This document shows positions 13,590 to 25,053 of a stretch of DNA of 64,000 bases, one piece after another; positions within the stretch are counted from its first letter, which is position 1; each line of letters begins with the position of its first letter. The stretch comes from Eledone cirrhosa. Its lineage: Eukaryota. Where the stretch lies: assembly GCA_964016885.1 (NCBI GenBank), contig OZ024742.1, forward strand, positions 298,220,001 through 298,284,000. The letters run 5' to 3'. Both the position numbers and the translations under genes were made by a program. The notes below the pieces were generated by a model, which searched no databases, had not been told where the DNA came from, and was given only the letters and a program-made list of their open reading frames with translations.

Positions 13590-15650
13590 AGGAACAATAA
13601 GGTAGATGAAGCAGTCAAGGCCAAGAGACAGGCATGGAAAGAATGGAAGAACGGGGGGAGCAGGGTACATTACATAGAGACCAAGAGGGAAGCTAGGCGA
13701 CAAGTATACTTAGCTAGGAGGGAAGCAGAGGATAGAAAATTCAAGCATGTTTTACAACGTGAGGACCAGAAACAGGAGGTATTCAAGATTGCGAGGCAGT
13801 GTGTCAGAGATAGTTGTGATGTCATTGGAGAGAAGTGTATCCGGAATGATAAAGGTGAGCTTGCCCTCACAAGTGCTGAGAAGAAAGATGCATGGAAGAG
13901 TCATTATGATAGATTACTAAATGAGGAGAATGCATGGGAAGAAGAGACCCTACCCCACGTAGACCCTATAGAGGGACCAGCAGTACAAGTCAGCGGCAGC
14001 GTAGTAAGTAAGGCAATCAGAGATATGAAGATAGGGAAGGCAACCGGTCCATCGGGTATAGCTGCCGAGATGCTGAAGGCATCTGGGTCTGTAGGTCACA
14101 CTATAACCACACGTATCGTTAACCAGGTAATACTAGAGGGGGCCATACCAAAAGATTGGTGCAGTAGCATCATTGTCAACTGCTACAAAGGTAAAGGCGA
14201 TGCACTAGATAGAGGAAACTATAGAGGTATAAAGTTGATGGACCAGGTCATGAAAGTAACAGAAAGAGTTATAGCACAGCTGATTAGGGACCGGGTGAAT
14301 ATAGACGAGATGCAATTTGGGTTTGTACCAGGGAAAGGCACCACTGATGCGCTCTTCCTTGTGAGGCAATTACAGGAAAAGTACCTAGCTAAAAGTAAGC
14401 CACTCTACTTGGCATTTGTCGACCTTGAGAAAGCCTTTGACAGAGTTCCACGTGCAGTAATCTGGTGGGCTCTTAGAAAACTAGGAGTAGATGAATGGCT
14501 TGTGAAAGCGGTACAAGCCATGTATAGGGGAGCAGTCAGCAAAGTTAGGATTGGCAATGAGTATAGCGAGGAATTTAGCGTACAGGTTGGGGTCCACCAG
14601 GGCTCTGTTCTTAGCCCTCTCCTGTTCATCATAGTCCTGCAGGCAATAACGGAGGAGTTTAAGACCGGATGCCCATGGGAACTCCTGTATGCTGATGACC
14701 TCGCACTCATAGCTGAATCTATGGTAGAACTAGAGAATAAATTCCAAACCTGGAAGCAGGGACTAGAGAGAAAGGGCCTCAAAGTCAACATGACAAAGAC
14801 TAAGGTCCTTATAAGTAGACGAGAAAACAGAACCCAGATCCCCTCAGGGAAATGGCCTTGCTCAGTATGTAGGAAAGGTGTAGGTAGGAACTCCATTCTT
14901 TGCCCCAAATGCAAACAATGGGTACACAAGAGATGTAGCGGGATCTCAGGAAGCTTAATTAAGAATGTAGGATTCACATGCAGCAGCTGTGCTGAAACAG
15001 CAAGCAAACAGCCACAGGAAACAAGTACCACCAATCTCTGGGAGGGCCCTGTAGAAACAGTAGACAGCTTCTGCTACCTAGGTGACCGAATTAGCAACGG
15101 AGGTGGGTGCTCAGAAAGTACAATAACTAGGGTAAGAACGGGATGGAAGAAGTTTAGGGAACTACTACCACTGCTAGCTGCAAAAGGCTTCTCCCTCAGA
15201 ATGAAAGGCAGACTGTATGATGCGTGTATCCGAACAGCGATGTTGCATGGTAGTGAGACCTGGGCGCTGAAGGTGGAAGACTTACGTAGATTAGAGAGAA
15301 ACGAAGCCTGCATGCTCCGATGGATGTGTAACAGTAATATACGTGAACGACAAAGCATAAATGAATTGAGAGAGAGACTGAGCATAAGAGGAATCAAATG
15401 CTGCGTGCAGGAGAGGCGGTTACGCTGGTATGGACATGTGATGCGTATGAAGGATGACAGCTGCATAAAAAGGTGCAGAGCACTAGAAGTTGATGGAAAC
15501 CGCGGAGTGGGGAGACCCAAGATGACTTGGGATGAGGTGATAAAAGCCGACCTTACCCAACTACACCTCTCAAAGTCAATGACACACGACCGTGACTTCT
15601 GGCGTCACGCAGTAATACAGGGTACCCGACCTCCCATGGGTACATGCTGA
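13590..15650 (+). CDS. RTE reverse transcriptase (N-truncated) with internal PHD-like finger
   Basis: Motifs [37 protein letters not shown]. The frame is open upstream of the 14025 ATG. Confidence 0.93.
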   Translation, partial: RNNKVDEAVKAKRQAWKEWKNGGSRVHYIETKREARRQVYLARREAEDRKFKHVLQREDQKQEVFKIARQCVRDSCDVIGEKCIRNDKGELALTSAEKKDAWKSHYDRLLNEENAWEEETLPHVDPIEGPAVQVSGSVVSKAIRDMKIGKATGPSGIAAEMLKASGSVGHTITTRIVNQVILEGAIPKDWCSSIIVNCYKGKGDALDRGNYRGIKLMDQVMKVTERVIAQLIRDRVNIDEMQFGFVPGKGTTDALFLVRQLQEKYLAKSKPLYLAFVDLEKAFDRVPRAVIWWALRKLGVDEWLVKAVQAMYRGAVSKVRIGNEYSEEFSVQVGVHQGSVLSPLLFIIVLQAITEEFKTGCPWELLYADDLALIAESMVELENKFQTWKQGLERKGLKVNMTKTKVLISRRENRTQIPSGKWPCSVCRKGVGRNSILCPKCKQWVHKRCSGISGSLIKNVGFTCSSCAETASKQPQETSTTNLWEGPVETVDSFCYLGDRISNGGGCSESTITRVRTGWKKFRELLPLLAAKGFSLRMKGRLYDACIRTAMLHGSETWALKVEDLRRLERNEACMLRWMCNSNIRERQSINELRERLSIRGIKCCVQERRLRWYGHVMRMKDDSCIKRCRALEVDGNRGVGRPKMTWDEVIKADLTQLHLSKSMTHDRDFWRHAVIQGTRPPMGTC

Positions 15651-15956
15651 AGCATATAAACAATATGCCCCCCCCCCCCCACCGCAAGGTGGTCGTGGAG
15701 GTGCCACGGCAAAAAAGCACCCAGCCCACACTGTAAAGTGGACGTGTAGGCGGCGCCACGAAAAAGCACCCAGCACTCACTGTAAATGAGGTTGGTGTTA
15801 GGAAGGGCATCCAGCTGTAGAAATCAAGCCAGATCAGTTCCTGTATGAGCAAGGCATGGTCAGCCGACCAGACACTGCCCACAACAGGACAACCCGTCTA
15901 ACCCATGCTAGCGTGGAAGAACGGACGTAAAACGGTGATGATGATGATGATGATGA
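13590..15956 (+). mobile_element. RTE-clade LINE subfamily B, 5'-truncated
   Basis: Open frame 13590-15650, repeat-containing 3'UTR and (GAT)n tail. Confidence 0.95.
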
Positions 15957-16083
15957 CATATATATATATATATATAATGAAAAATTGAACAGGAACAAAA
16001 CAGAGAGGCAGTACAACAAATGTTTATTAATTTCACGCTCTTGAGAGTGGGGTGGTGATATATATATATATATATATACACGG

Positions 16084-16429
16084 TACGCAGTAATACAGAA
16101 GACCCAAGTTCCCACGGGTACAAGCCAAAGCTGAAGCATATAGACAATATCCTCCCACACCCCTTCCACTGTAAAGTGGTCATGTAGGTGTCACAACAAA
16201 AAGCACCCAGTCCAGACTGTAATGTGGTTGTGAAGGCACCATGGTAAAAAAGCACCCAGTACTCACTTTAAATGTGGTTGGTGTTAGGAAGGACATCCAG
16301 CTGTAGAAACCAAGCCAAAATCAGTCCTGTATGAGCAAGACATGGTCACCTGACCTGGCATTGCCCACAACAGGACAACCTGTCTAACCCATGCTAGCAT
16401 GGAAACATTGACGTAAAACAGTGATGATG
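16084..16429 (+). mobile_element. RTE 3'UTR fragment
   Basis: Homologous to 15608-15950, ending in a short gatgat tail. Confidence 0.85.
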
Positions 16430-16471
16430 TATATATTTATGTATGTGTATAGATATGTGTGTGTGTGTGTG

Positions 16472-16548
<77 letters not shown>

Positions 16549-16557
<9 letters not shown>

Positions 16558-17999
16558 CTGTACAAGCCAGGGGAGCAGTCAGCAAAGTTAGGGTTAGCAA
16601 TGACTGTAGAGAAGAATTTAGCATACAGGTTGGTGTCCACCAGGGCTCTATTCTAAGCCCTCCCCTGTTCATTATAGTATTGCAGGCAATAACGGAGGAG
16701 TTTAAGAGCGGATGCCCATGGGAACTCCTATATGCGGATGATCTCACACTTATAGCTGAATCTATGGTGGAAGAATAAATTCCAAACATGGAAGCAGGGA
16801 CTAGAAAGAAAGGGTCTCAAAGTCAACCTGACAAAGACTAAGGTTCTTGTATGTGGACGAGAAAACAGAACCCAGATCCCCTCAGGGAAATGGCCTTGCT
16901 CAGTATGTAGGAAAGGGATAGGTAGCAATTCCATCCTCTGCCACAAATGCAAACAATGATGCACAAGAGATGTAGTGGGATCTCAGGAAGCTTAGCTAAG
17001 CATGTAGGCTTCACATGTAGCAGCTGCACTGGGACAGCAAGCAGCAAACGGCCACAGGAAACAAGCACCACCAAACTCTGGGAGGGCTCTGTAGAAACAA
17101 TAGACAGCTTCTGCTACCTAGGTGATTGAATTAGCAGCGCGGAGGTGGGTGTTTGGAAAGTACTGTAACTAGGGTAACAACGGGATGGAAGAAGTTCAAG
17201 GAGCAACTGCCACTGCTAGCTTCAAAAGGCTTTTCCCTTAAAATAAAAGGCAGACTGTATGATGCGTGTATCCGAACAGCAATGTTACATGGTAGTGAGA
17301 CCTGGGCATTGTCTGTAGAAGACTTGCGTAGATTAGAAAGAAACAAAGCTTGCATACTCCGATGGATGTGTAATAGTAATATACATGAACAGCAAAGCAT
17401 AAACGAATTGAGAGAGAGACTGAGCATAAGAGGAATCAAATGCTGTGTGCGGGAGAGGCGGTTTCGTTGGTATGGTCATGTGATGCGTATGAAGGATGAC
17501 AGCTGCATAAAAAGGTGCAGAGCACTAGAAGTTGATGGAAGCCGCGGAGTGGGGAGACCCAAGAAGACCTGGGATGAGGTGATAACAGCCGACCTTACCC
17601 AATTACACCTCTCAAAGGCGATGACGCAGGATCATGACCTCTGACGTCATGCAGTAATACAGAAGACCCAACTCCCCAAGGGTACAAGCCAAAGCTGAAG
17701 CATATAGACAATATTCCCCCACCCCCTCTAACTGCAAAGTGGTCATGGAGGCAAAAAAGCACCCAGCCCACACTGTAAAGTGGACTTGTAGGTGCCATGG
17801 AAAAAAAGCACCCAGCCCTCACTGTAAATGAGGTTGGTGTTAGGAAGGGCATCCAGCTGTAGAAATCAAGCCAGAATCAGTTCCTGTATGAGCAAGGCAT
17901 CGTCAGCCGACTGGCACTGCCCACAACAGGACAACCTGTCTAACCCATGCTAGCATGGAAGAACGGACGTAAAATGGTGGTGATGATGAAGATGATGAT
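16549..17999 (+). pseudogene. RTE subfamily B copy, 5'-truncated and disrupted
   Basis: Colinear with 14501-15956, with stops and frameshifts (e.g. 16776, 17127). Starts in a (TG)n tract. Confidence 0.92.
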
Positions 18000-18650
18000 A
18001 TATATATATGTAAATAATATATATATATATATATATATTCATATATATATATGTGTGTGTATTATATATATAAAATGACATGGCATATATATGCATACAT
18101 GCACAAACACACCTGTACTTAGGTCATTGTGTCACTTTTGTTGCAATCACTGCTTGGAATGTGTTAGACAATTAATAGAAAATGCATGAAAATTTCCTGC
18201 ATTAAATTACCTGTTGATTACATCAACCTACTTGTGCATTGCATTCTGGTTTTTTAGGAGGTTTTGACATCATCAGAACATTTTGCAAATGCTTACTTTT
18301 ATATCATATTCTTAGCTACAGAAGTGTGTGGGTTTGATATAACTAAAGTTGCATATGGGAAAGATATTACAAGAAGTGATGACTCAAATAAAGATCCCTG
18401 TGGTATATATTTCTCAGATAAGTTTGTAGTTCACCAATCTCACAGTAGCTCAGCTATTATCATGTCTAACATACATAAGTGTCACATTTCTTTTCAATGT
18501 AAAAGACTTGCATTAATGCCAAGAATATAAATAAATGTAATATAGGTACAATGTTCAAATACACTCGGTGGGTGTTTTTGTTTGCTGTATAAAGCTCATA
18601 CTTATGACATATAACTTACATTAAAATCTGTCTCTTTGTTTATAAATTAT

Positions 18651-18710
<60 letters not shown>

Positions 18711-18822
18711 ATGCTCATATACATTTATATGTGTATAAAGATATATACATATATACACACATATATATATACACATACATATATATACACATGTATATAT
18801 ATACACATACATATATATATAT

Positions 18823-18853
<31 letters not shown>

Positions 18854-18862
18854 TCCACATAC

Positions 18863-18912
<50 letters not shown>

Positions 18913-18916
<4 letters not shown>

Positions 18917-19082
18917 TGTAAATGTGGTTGGTGTTAGGAAGGGCATCCAGCTGTAGAAAACACGCCAGACAGTCCTATGCGAGCTAGACAACCACTCTTG
19001 CCTCAAGTAGGAAAACTCCCATCCAAACCCATGCAAGCGTGGAACATGGACGTTAAACGATGATGATGATGATGATGATGAT
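18913..19082 (+). mobile_element. RTE subfamily A 3' end fragment
   Basis: Matches 54967-55150. A minus-strand equivalent lies at 30986-31201. Confidence 0.85.
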
Positions 19083-21123
19083 ACACATACATATATATAT
19101 ATATATACACACACACATATATACATACACACACATATACATATATATACACATACATATATATATATACATATACATATACATGTACATGATGGCTGCC
19201 CCCTCGTTATCGAGTATGGCCATTGCACGATATACCATTATTAATAATTATCAATTAATGCTATCGTGCAATGCCTGTGCATGAAGATATTTTTTAAAGT
19301 GAGGAAAGACTGTGCACTGAGTCAATCCCACTCTCTGAGCGACAGTAGCTATAACCCGAAAAGAAGAAAAGATCAACATCAACGGTAACTACTGAGCCGC
19401 AGGTTTTATATCGGAGTTATCCCAGTTTCCTGAGTTGCCTTCTCCTAGAAGACTGCCCTGACAAAAGCTAAGGGTCCTTCACTCCCAGTGGTTTAACTGC
19501 GCGATCGGGTGTCCAGCACGACTATTTCTATGTCCCTACGCATATACATACACATGCACCCATGTATATACAGATATACATATACATACATATGTACATG
19601 TGTATATATACATATTTACACACTTTTGAATGGCCTTTGACTCTTATGAGTTCTTCTGCCCTTTGTCAGATTCTGTTTTTTGTCCTGCAGGGTGTCTAAA
19701 ATCACCCTCCTCACCAAGTAAACTAGGTGGGGTTGCCGGTTTAGTCGCTGACTACCCGACCATGTGACAGGTTGTACTGGGTTACATGTTACCAGTAGCA
19801 CTCAAGACTGACCCGACATGAACATATATATACATATATACATACATTCATATATATATATAAATATATACATACGTAGTTGCTAATTACTGTGTTGTTT
19901 ATCCGTAAGAGGTGTGTTGTGATGTCTCGATGATAAACAGGTAAAAGCACTCTACGTCAGTCATACCTATTGAGCATACATTTAGCGATCAAAGACGGCA
20001 GAGCTTCATATATGAAATAAATGTTAAAACAGATATTACATAATTGTTTTTACTAGATTATACATATTTTAGTGACACCAGTTTACAGCCGTTATGCAAC
20101 CATTACAACAGCGACCAACACCAGTGTGATATCATCAGATGTTAACACAAATATGTGAGAGGTTGAGATCACACAACCAAATGTATTATTGGTGGACATA
20201 CATTTAATAGCTAAGTGTTGAGTCCTGTAACTCTGGATTTTCACCTCTATTCCCCCAAAGAGTTTGATGATCTTGTGAATGCACAGATGTAACTCCATAG
20301 TAACAAGGCTCACCACTTAGCCATTAAATGAATACATATACATGTATGTTTGTGTGGGTGTGTGTATATATATGTATGTGAATATATACACATGTATGTA
20401 TTTAGTCCATTTCACCACATCTCTTGCCTATTAATACTAGTTCCAGGGTGATCAATTTCTATTCATTTAATTAATTTCTTTATTCCTATCTCAGTTACGT
20501 ACCCACATTTGTATGTTTCTTTTGATTGTAGCAATGTTACTGTCCCATACTTGTATGTAGATATTTTGTCTTTTTTTTTTGTTCAATGTCCATTGATATT
20601 ATCATTTTAATTCCAACAGACTAATTTTGAAATACAAACTATTATATATATATATATATAATATATTTTCAACCATATATATTTTTATATATTTTTATAT
20701 TTGTATATCTGTTTGACCCGAATTGGGCGGTCGATTTTTCGCTGTGCGGATGATTAGTTTAAACACCATCTCAGTGTGTTTGGCCTTTAACGTAAGTCGT
20801 AAGCTCTAATTCATATGAATTATCAAGCGCTTGCCACACAACTCGGAAGTGTTTTTCGTTAATTCCTAAGGTGAAATTCGATTCTCGCTAATTTTACTTG
20901 TATATAAATATATATATATATCATCAACATCATCATCACCATTTAATGTCCATTTTCCATGCTTGCATGGGTTAGACGGGTCGTCCGCGTCATCAGACAA
21001 GTCTGGCGAGATTGGCCACGTCGTACCTTGCACAGATGGAACAGCAAATTTGGCTGTGATTTTTACATCTGAATACCCTCCTTCCTAACACCAACCACAT
21101 TTACAGTGTGGAATATGTATATA

Positions 21124-21894
21124 CTAGCTGGCCCGTCGGCTGGCGCCGGCTAGGTATACCTTCCCCCACCACTCCACTGCAAAGATATCACACATCCTCC
21201 CGTGAATCACATTGTCCTTCCGACTCTCTCTCTCTCTTTCAGAATAACTAACACTTTAACTGTATCTCTCTCTGTCTACGGCCTATCTCTCTCTTTTTCC
21301 CCTCCCTATGTTTTTCTGTCTCTCTCTGTAGAAGTGTGTGTGTAGTTTTCCTAATCTCTCTCTCTCTCTCTCTGTGTGTGTATATATTGAAGGGAGATAT
21401 GGAAACTAAAACAGTGTTGTCATATAGAGAGTGAAGAGTGATAGAGAGAGTAAAGCAGTTAAATTATAGAGAGGGGAATGATCTTACATACATAAAAAGT
21501 ATAAATATGTGTGTGCGTGTGTATGTGTATGCGCATGTGTGTATGTGCATGTGTGTGTCTGTGTGTTTTGTTTTGATGTTATCCGGCAATTGGCGAAATC
21601 AGGTGTGAAAGTATGTGTAGTTGTGTGTGTGTGTGTATGTGTGTGTATGTGTGTGTGTGTCTCTGTGTGTGTGTGTGTGTGTGTCTGTGTGTGTGTGTTA
21701 CTTATGCGAGCGATGACAGAAAAAGTGTGTGGGATACATACATTATTATATTTGTCTGTATTTTCGTTCTGCAACCATTATATTATGATATTTGTACCCA
21801 AATGATTTTAGATGTACGTATTACCTTCTTGCCCGTCCCTCTGTTTCTCTTTCCCTGTCTCTCTCTCACTCTCTCTCTCTCTCCTCTTTCCCTG

Positions 21895-21928
<34 letters not shown>

Positions 21929-22383
21929 TAAGATGTGTGTGTGTAGTTTTCCTAATCTGTCTCTTTCACTCTCTGTCTCTCTAAGATGATGTATGTATTA
22001 CCTACTTGTGTGTTGACCGAATTTGAAGGAGGTTATCTTTTTGAAATAAACATTCATATGACACTCATCTCTATGTTGATATATTGAAGGTAGATACGGA
22101 AATTAAAAGAGTGTTGTCATATAGAGAGTGAAGAGAGACAGAGTAAAGCAGTTAAATTATAGAGAGGGTGAAAGAGGGAGAGAGAGAGACGACGCTCAGC
22201 TTTATAATATTTGAGAGTGAAGAGCGACAGAGAGAGTAAAGCAGTTAAATTATAGAAAGGGGAATGATCTATTATAGAGAGAGGGAAGAGCAACGGAGAG
22301 AGTAAAGCTAAGAAACTATAGGGATGTGTGTAGGATACATACATAATACATACACACGGCACTCAGCTTTATAATATTATAGA
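21124..22383 (-). mobile_element. Non-autonomous Helitron with internal microsatellites
   Basis: Minus strand starts a|TCtataatattataaagctgag and ends cctagccggcgccagccgacgggccagCTAG|t (A/T insertion site, GC hairpin). Internal direct repeats of gagagtaaagcagttaaattataga. Confidence 0.8.
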
Positions 22384-22390
22384 TATATAT

Positions 22391-22467
<77 letters not shown>

Positions 22468-22899
22468 AGGGCATGTGGTGCAGTGGTTAGAATCTTGAGG
22501 TTATGAGTTCGATTCTCGGACTGGTGATGTGTCATGTCACAAAGAATGTTTGTCTTACAATGTTGAGAACAAATTCAACAATAAATTTGAAACTGAGGCC
22601 ATTGCAAATTTATCCTCTTGATACTATATGAACAATGAAGAACATCCCCAAATCTACTCTACCTGCCTTTAAACAGTGCTATTCTTCCTTATACAAATCT
22701 CAATTTACACTAAATATTATTTTCATTTCACCGAAAAACACGTCACTATTACAACCTCTGTACCAGAGAATTGTTTCTGTTATCCAGGCATATCAATGAC
22801 AAATATTGATGAACATCTGTCTAACAAAGAATTCTGGAAAATTATAACGTTATACAAGCAATAAAACGTATCAAAAGATACTTGAAAGGAAGTTAAACA

Positions 22900-24120
22900 T
22901 ATATGCCTCTTTGGGGTTTACAATGAATTTTTGGATCAAAGCTCTCTCCACTGTGCATAGATGATATCAATTGTTTTTTTTTTTTAATAATGTCTTGATA
23001 TTTCAACGATCTTCCTGTTGATATTATCCCTTGAGGAATTTCTTTCAATGACTAGATATAATCAATTTTGATACATCCTGCTTTGTGATGTGTTTGAATG
23101 AATAAATATGATTGTAAAATCTCTTTTTGAATTTTCTGATATTTTTTATTAGTATCAAAGTTTCGATTTGATGGGTTATCTTCTGCTTCATATATGATGG
23201 ATTCTGTAATATAGCAGTTATGAGCTGTTTTTCTAGGTGAACAACTATCCATGGAGGATATAAATGATTTATGTGGTATAACATTCTGCACATTAGCAAG
23301 AGGCTATAACTTAATTCAATGTCCTGTCTGTTGAATAGTTTTCTATGGCTATAGCTAGAAGAGAAGGGTTTATCTATGATATTTCAGAAGGTTGGATTTA
23401 ATGTAGTCATTATAGACCAAATAATATTTCAACCCCTTTCTTAAAACATTGAATAGACATATGGAATGACTTTGATCAATGTTCGTTGGGTGTGAGCTAA
23501 GATAGGATTAAATAGCAACAATACCAGTTTGTAAACATTCATGCTGATGATGAAACTTTATTTTCCTAAGTTTATATCTGTAAGGTGAACCACCCATATT
23601 TAACACATTTAGATCTATATTTCAAGAAATATTGCACACAAATTTGATTAAAGTATTAACTTACTAATCAGAATATTGTTGGTTCTAAATATTTTTGTTT
23701 CTTTCTATATGTAACAATTATTATAGCTAACACTTTAAATTTGTCTCAGTAAATTAACAAAATCATAAAAAAGCCTAACTTAAAGGTGAATTCTCTCAAG
23801 ACTATAATATAAGTTTAAAATATTACTTTTTTATTTTTGATAAAATTAAAATCAAGATCAGATTTATCCAAAATATTACTTGCCATCTCTAATTTTAGGA
23901 AAATGTGTCAATAAAGTTAGATTGAGCTAGATCTTTCCACCTATATCGTCAATATTTTTAAGAAATATTTTTAATTCATTTGGGGTTGGGTTTGAAAAAA
24001 TAGGGGGACAAAATCATTGAAATAGATATATGTCACTAATAATTATCTCTTTTTAGTTCATTCAAAAACCTCTTTTCTCTCCTACATATATTTCAAACAT
24101 TCAAGATTTCTTTGAAATAT
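22900..24120 (-). pseudogene. Decayed Penelope-like element (RT thumb and GIY-YIG endonuclease remnants)
   Basis: Minus-strand frames give YLSSHPTNI / IKVIPY (~23460-23505), then NCYITESIIYEAE and FKKRFYNHIYSFKH (23090-23225), in the PLE thumb-linker-GIY-YIG order. Confidence 0.7.
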
Positions 24121-24819
24121 CTCTTTTCACATATATTGACAATATATTGAATTCTACCATAGGCACACAATCTTGAAGTTGATGGAGCTGTATAATCTAT
24201 ATACTGACTCCAGTATTTGAATTGTACTTTAATTTGTCAAACATAAAAGAAAAAGAGTTGTTTCTCAGTGAGATATGAACACAGAACAGAGAATAATTGT
24301 TTCTACTATTGGCACAAGGCCAGAAATTACCCAGTACATTACTGGTACTTTATTTTATCGACCCCGCAAGGATGAAAGGCAAAGTTAACCTCGGCGGGAT
24401 TTGAACTCAGAATGGCAAGGGCCGTAACTCTATGCGTCAAAGCATGGCGTCCGACCCTCTACCGATACTGCCAATCCACAGAGAATAATAACAAAATACT
24501 GCAATGACTTTTGTCCAATGTTCTATTGCTTCTGCCAAAGTTAAAAAATATTTTCTTTAAAACATTACTATATTTTTCACAGTATATTGCTAGAAGAATT
24601 CCTTTCCAATGGAACTTGAGCATTTCTTGATATATTGGTATTTTCTATGAACTTCAGTTAAAAATCAAAACATAAATTCACTCTCACCCATTTAGTCGAT
24701 AGATGATCACTTTAAACCAATGGCAGGTACAATTTATGTACAACCAAAGATTGTTGGATTCACATTGGTCATCATAACAGTCACTCCTCCTTATCATTGC
24801 CACTTTCAAAATGTCTCAG

Positions 24820-24972
24820 AATTACACATTTTCTGATGAATTGTTGACACTAAAATGTCTACTGTAGTGCAGTAATGATCGGTAATGATCAGAAATACCA
24901 ATAATTCCTAAAAGAAAAACCTGTAGACAGTGACATAAGTCAAAATTGAAACATGTGTAAAAATGTATAATT
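24820..24972 (+). ncRNA. Type I hammerhead candidate with ~108-nt stem II insertion
   Basis: aattacacatttt-CTGATGA-attgttgac...gtcaaaatt-GAAA-catgtg-TA-aaaatgtataatt. Stem I pairs 12 of 13 bp. A short tail then runs into (TA)n. Confidence 0.72.
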
Positions 24973-25011
24973 AAATAATTTTTTCTAATCCTGCTTTGTA
25001 TGTTTTTCCTA

Positions 25012-25053
<42 letters not shown>

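Noticed and set aside
14405-15520. Antisense ORFs over RTE RT (also 53732-54673, 55408-56223)
   Set aside because: Shadow frames of the RT coding strand with no independent motifs.
18264-18530. Unique-looking short ORFs or exon candidates (also 34822-34983+, 49239-49421-, ~63549-63640-)
   Set aside because: No recognisable domain, and the splice signals are incomplete or conflicting in strand.
19630-19820. GC-richer hairpin-forming segment considered as an HDV-like or twister ribozyme
   Set aside because: I could not assemble the required pseudoknot by eye. The same applies to the RTE 5'UTR at 51073-51560.
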